Below, piece after piece: positions 8,624 through 12,663 of a stretch of 12,663 bases of DNA (position 1 is the first letter of the stretch; every line of letters starts with the position of its first letter). Made by a program: the position numbers and the translations under genes. The notes beneath the pieces are model-generated. The model was not told the DNA's origin. It saw only the letters and a program-made list of their open reading frames with translations, and searched no databases. This stretch comes from Amoeboradix gromovi X-113. Lineage: Eukaryota > Fungi > Sanchytriomycota. The stretch spans positions 1-12,663 of the forward strand of contig JADGIF010000255.1 of assembly GCA_018985225.1 (NCBI GenBank), given 5' to 3'.

Positions 8624-8630
8624 AACACCC
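8558..8630 (-). tRNA. tRNA-Phe (GAA), intronless, copy 1
   Basis: GGGTGTTTAGCTCAGTTGGGAGAGCGTCAGACTGAAGATCTGAAGGTCGGGTGTTCGATCCACCCAAGACCCA: 73-nt cloverleaf, anticodon loop CTGAAGA, TTCGATC T-loop, no encoded CCA. Confidence 0.97.
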
Positions 8631-8666
8631 TCCATGGCTTGGCACAAGATTATAATACCTTTCTGG

Positions 8667-8693
8667 ACTTAATATTTAAATCAAATATTAAGT
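8667..8693. repeat. Perfect 11-bp inverted repeat (ACTTAATATTT-aaatc-AAATATTAAGT)
   Basis: Read directly from the sequence; lies 37-63 nt upstream of tRNA-Phe copy 1. AT-rich, function unknown. Confidence 0.6.
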
Positions 8694-9433
8694 AGAAATG
8701 GCTACTAATTGTAAAATCGTTTGAGTTTGTAATAGACATGGGACACCTATATGATAGTACTTGGCAAAGTCTATGTTAATTTGCAAATACGTTAATCATC
8801 AATTATGTTGCTATTTCGTATTAATAAAAATAAACCTTACCCTAAAGCTGTTACTTTAAGTGAAAAGCATAAAGGAAAGATTGTAGAAATCACAATCTAT
8901 GCTCAAATCCAAATGATATCGCTTTGTTTACAGTATCGCGAAGAATCTAACAGAACAATATAATCGTGGATACTGAAAACATGCTTATGTAAGCACCGAA
9001 CCACAAAATAACATTCTAATATATTTAAAATAACAAAGTCACTCATAAAAAAACGCTTAGAGTCAAATACGAAACAACTACATATGGGACAACCGTCTAA
9101 GAAAATGCACCTTTTGCTTAGATGCTCAAAGACCTCATATCTACTTTTATTTTGAAGAGGGGATTGAAGGTAATGAAAGAAAATTGGTATAATAGAAGAT
9201 CTTTTATTAATGATAGCATTTCCTCCGTATGGTGCACCTTTAAATACGAGTTAGTCTAGTTTTTATATTTGGTGTCCCATATATTGGGAAACAATTTTTA
9301 ATTTGTATCAAGTACTCTCGCAATACACTAACAACACAGAGTGTATTGCCAAGATAGCTAGCTATTAGTATGATTCGCATGCAGATGTCGTGAACCCTAC
9401 TCCAGCAGACTGGTAAAACAACGTACAATAAGA

Positions 9434-9458
9434 TGGGTCTTGGGTGGATCGAACACCC

Positions 9459-9499
<41 letters not shown>

Positions 9500-9506
9500 A
9501 ACACCC
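9434..9506 (-). tRNA. tRNA-Phe (GAA), intronless, copy 2
   Basis: Identical 73-nt sequence to copy 1. A TTTT run lies about 15 nt downstream on the minus strand. Confidence 0.97.
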
Positions 9507-9590
9507 ATAATTTACCAATGATTGAGTAAGATATAATTTAACTTGACTCTGCATTGTGCTTCCACAGGCTAATATGGTACAAGGAGGGCT

Positions 9591-10763
9591 ATGTTTTCTA
9601 CTCACAACTTCAAGAATATCATTTGCCCTTATGATACTAGCTGTAAACGGCTTTATTGCTGGTTTGGTCATTCTAAAGCGGCTTCAAGTTATATATCGGG
9701 TCCAAAAGTCAAACTATCACTAGATTCCAAGGTACCATGGAAATCAAGGCAGTTGTGGGCTACTAGACTTTATGAGAAACTTTTGGCTACAAATGAGCCT
9801 GAACCCTCTGAAATAGCGCTTAAATTGGAGATGGACATCCATGAGAAATGTGACAAAGGCACTTATGCCAGCTCTGCACTAGCAACCTTAAAGACTATCG
9901 GTAATGCGATCAAGCCAGAACCTTTTAAAATTAAGAGATTTAAACCCTTTTTATTAAACGAATCTGAATTGATAGGAATGGGATATCCAATTTTTCCAAT
10001 TCCACAAGTCTCCATTGATCTGTATAATGTAAGCAGAAACTGTATAAGGTGCTCGAAACCTTTTAATGTGACATCCGAGCTAGAAGAAAATGCTAAAGTT
10101 GCATGCCATTATCATCCTGGTAGATTACGGAATACAAAAGATCACGGATCTAGAGAGCGTACTTATTGGTGCTGCAATCAATTTCAAAATCAAGCCGGTT
10201 GTACCCTCGGTTGCCACGTTTATCAATTCGAAGATTTTAAAGATTTGAATGCTGTTAATCCATTCAAACAGGCTCCCTTGGTTACAGAAAATGCTTATAA
10301 AATACTTGCATTAGACTGCGAGATGGTCTACACATCCGGTGGATTAGAACTAGCTAGATGTACAATCACAAATGAATCCAAATCCGTAGTGTATGATGAA
10401 ATAATCCAACCATTGCATCCTATCTACGATTTCAATACAAAGTATTCTGGTATAACGAACCTAATAAATTCTGTGTCATTCATACAGTTTCGTGCAACTT
10501 TATTTACACTAATGGATCAGAATACTATTCTTGTTGGACACTCATTGGAAAGCGATTTAAAAGCCATGAGGCTAGTTCATACCAACGTAATCGACACTGT
10601 TAAACTGTATCCACATGTAAAAGGATTGCCATTTAGACATTCTCTCAAGTATTTAGCTGCTGAGCATCTGCAAAAGATCATTCAGAATGACGAAGCTGGC
10701 CATGATTCCATGGAGGATGCTGTTATATCGTTTGAGCTAGTATTGCGACTTTTAAAAGATTAA
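9591..10763 (+). CDS. REX3: RNA exonuclease, DEDDh family, Rex3/REXO1 type
   Basis: Exo I LALDCEMVYT..GLELAR, Exo II LVGHSLESDLKAMRL, Exo III GHDSMEDA. N-terminal CP....CKR..C.FGH and central C.YHPG...CC...GC...H Cys/His motifs are typical of Rex3/REXO1. Confidence 0.9.
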   Translation: MFSTHNFKNIICPYDTSCKRLYCWFGHSKAASSYISGPKVKLSLDSKVPWKSRQLWATRLYEKLLATNEPEPSEIALKLEMDIHEKCDKGTYASSALATLKTIGNAIKPEPFKIKRFKPFLLNESELIGMGYPIFPIPQVSIDLYNVSRNCIRCSKPFNVTSELEENAKVACHYHPGRLRNTKDHGSRERTYWCCNQFQNQAGCTLGCHVYQFEDFKDLNAVNPFKQAPLVTENAYKILALDCEMVYTSGGLELARCTITNESKSVVYDEIIQPLHPIYDFNTKYSGITNLINSVSFIQFRATLFTLMDQNTILVGHSLESDLKAMRLVHTNVIDTVKLYPHVKGLPFRHSLKYLAAEHLQKIIQNDEAGHDSMEDAVISFELVLRLLKD

Positions 10764-10799
10764 ATAAAAAACACTCATTGACTGATCAACATTTATTTC

Positions 10800-12481
10800 T
10801 TATTGTCTTCCGGGCTGTCCAGGTAATCCAGACTGTGGAGGTGCTGATTCTGGGTTCTTCACTGTTTCATCAATACTTAGAATCAAGCAGGCAGCTTCGA
10901 CAGCACTATTAATAGCATTTCTCTTGACAATTTCCGGTTCCCATACAAAGCTCTTGTAAGTATCTACAACCGAACCTCCTTCTAAGTCTACTCCAGCATT
11001 CTCTCCCATGAATTGTCCACTTTTTTTGGTATGTGCTTGTCTTAATAAGTTCATCAAATCAGTCACATCTAATCCTGAATTTAATATCAACTGGCGGGGA
11101 ATGATTTCCAACGCTTGTGCAAATGCCATATAGACTAACTGTGATTTACCTGCCAATTCATATGCTTTTAATCTCAAATGTTGGGATAGTGCCATCTAAG
11201 TTAGTAATTGATTACATCAATTGCACCTCCTCCTGCAACTACGCTCTTGTTTTTGATAGCTCTGCGTACAATCATAATTGCATCGTGTAATGATCTCTCC
11301 ACTTCCGCTAGGAACTGTTCAGCGCCACCTCGTAAGATTAAAGTACTGGTTTTACTATTTAAACATCCTGTAAACATATTAAATCGTTCTCCGCCAATGA
11401 AAACTTCTTTGTAATGCGAACAGGTGCCCAAGTGGGATGCATTCAAGTCATGAATACTGCTATGGATTGTACAATTCAGTGCCTTGGTGACTCGTAATAG
11501 ATCATCTTGAGGAACCCTACCAGCACAGAATATATGTCTATCAGCAAAATATTGAGTAGCTAAGTCACCTATAGGTAATTTACTTAGCACAACATTAGCG
11601 CCAGTCTTGACAATATTTTCTAGTTTCTCATAAATTATACGCCACTCAGCATCAACTACTTTTTGATATTCGCTCACTTTTTCAATTCTCACCTCGGCGT
11701 TGTCTTTTTCCGCTTTGAGCTCTAATTCTACATTTAAGCAGATAACTTTTGGGTTTTCAAAAGATTTCGGTTGCTGTTCAAAACCAGCATAAGAAAAAGT
11801 TTTTTTAAAAGCAACACCATCTACAACCATAGAATCTTCCATACCACCGCCATGAACTTTCTTCATAGCAATAAATGACTCATTTAATGAATCTTGAGGA
11901 TCTAGTTTTAAAACAGCATCCACCACCATCTTACCGAAGAAATCTTTATTTGAGTGGATCAGTTTCGAAGACATGGAAGTAGTAGCACACTTCAGTAACA
12001 CATCTCTTAATTCATCACCAGTACTGGTTAGATCAACACTAGCAGAGCCGATATGAGAATTGGCTTCTTGGCCAGCTTTGCGCAATGATTTGATGATGAC
12101 TTGAGGATTAACATTATCTTCCACAAGAGTTTTTACCTGCTTTAAAATCTCAGCAGCGATTAAAACAGTACTAGTGGTACCATCACCAACTTGAGCGTCT
12201 TGTGCACGAGCAATATCAACAAGTGATTTAGCAGCAGGATGGATGATGTCAAGCAGCTTCATAATTGTAGCACCATCGTTAGAAATAGTTACTCTACCAT
12301 TTTTATCAACAATTAATTTATCACATCCTAGCGGACCTAGAGTTGTTCTGATGGTATCTGCTACTGCAATACATGCCCCAATGTTACTTAGTAGTTGGCC
12401 TTTACCCTGCGATTGATCACTGCCTTCTTTTAATAGTACAATTGGCATGTTCAACATTTGTTGTTGCTGTTGTCTTGACAT
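10800..12481 (-). CDS. CCT7: T-complex protein 1 subunit eta (CCT/TRiC); complement(join(10800..11195,11216..12481)), 553 aa
   Basis: [97 protein letters not shown]. Confidence 0.97.
11196..11215 (-). other. 20-nt GT-AG spliceosomal micro-intron (GTAATCAATTACTAACTTAG)
   Basis: Removal gives AGGGAID|MALSQHLR, matching conserved AGGGAIEMELS. Contains a perfect TACTAAC branch sequence abutting TTAG; retention gives an in-frame TAA. Confidence 0.93.
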
Positions 12482-12663
12482 GTTTGAAAAAATAATATGA
12501 AATTTAAAAACAAAAGGGACATCAAATATAAAAACTGGACTAACTTTCTATAACAATTTGGAACATTATTTCAGCTTTATTAATTTTATGGATTTAAGAG
12601 GCGAGTGGACATTCAGCTAGTTGCGGAGTTGACGAGTATGAAAGGAGAATAAATAACTTTTAT

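Noticed and set aside
8277-8645. 122-aa minus-strand ORF
   Set aside because: Runs through tRNA-Phe copy 1 and the shared peptide is just the translated tRNA. It has a non-ATG start and no recognisable protein, although the 3' part from the ATG at 8450 cannot be fully excluded.
9240-9671. 143-aa minus-strand ORF
   Set aside because: Overlaps tRNA-Phe copy 2 and is antisense to REX3; artefact.
10800-12481. CCT7 as a pseudogene, split gene or stop-codon reassignment
   Set aside because: A canonical GT-AG micro-intron explains the break. Conserved genes here end at TAA or TGA at the expected positions and have no internal TAA/TAG, which is consistent with the standard code.
1-12663. Prokaryotic systems (CRISPR array, operons, IS elements)
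   Set aside because: The sequence is eukaryotic; no spaced direct repeats or transposase/RT motifs were seen.

Overview
Eukaryotic, AT-rich, very gene-dense DNA that looks fungal (Nrd1/Seb1-type RRMs, Rex3-type exonuclease, Mup/LAT-type permease, fungal/plant-style tRNA-Phe). The lineage cannot be assigned from this window alone. Conserved genes are the 3' end of FAP7/AK6, an APC/LAT amino-acid permease, an Nrd1/Seb1-like gene, two identical tRNA-Phe(GAA) genes, REX3/REXO1 and CCT7. Two apparent ORF breaks are best explained by spliceosomal micro-introns of 19 nt (Nrd1-like) and 20 nt (CCT7) sharing GTA...TACTWAYTTAG, with the putative branch A at -6. The Nrd1-like protein has two tandem Nrd1-type RRMs and no clear CID. 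Between about 2.1 and 6.2 kb lies a block of unrecognised small or secreted-looking ORFs, including a tandem paralog pair with a signal peptide / pro-domain / KKR / hydrophobic-hairpin architecture reminiscent of preprotoxins. One tRNA-Phe copy has no oligo-T terminator for about 315 nt and may drive a dicistronic Pol III RNA. All identifications are by eye from recalled family motifs; no searches were run.
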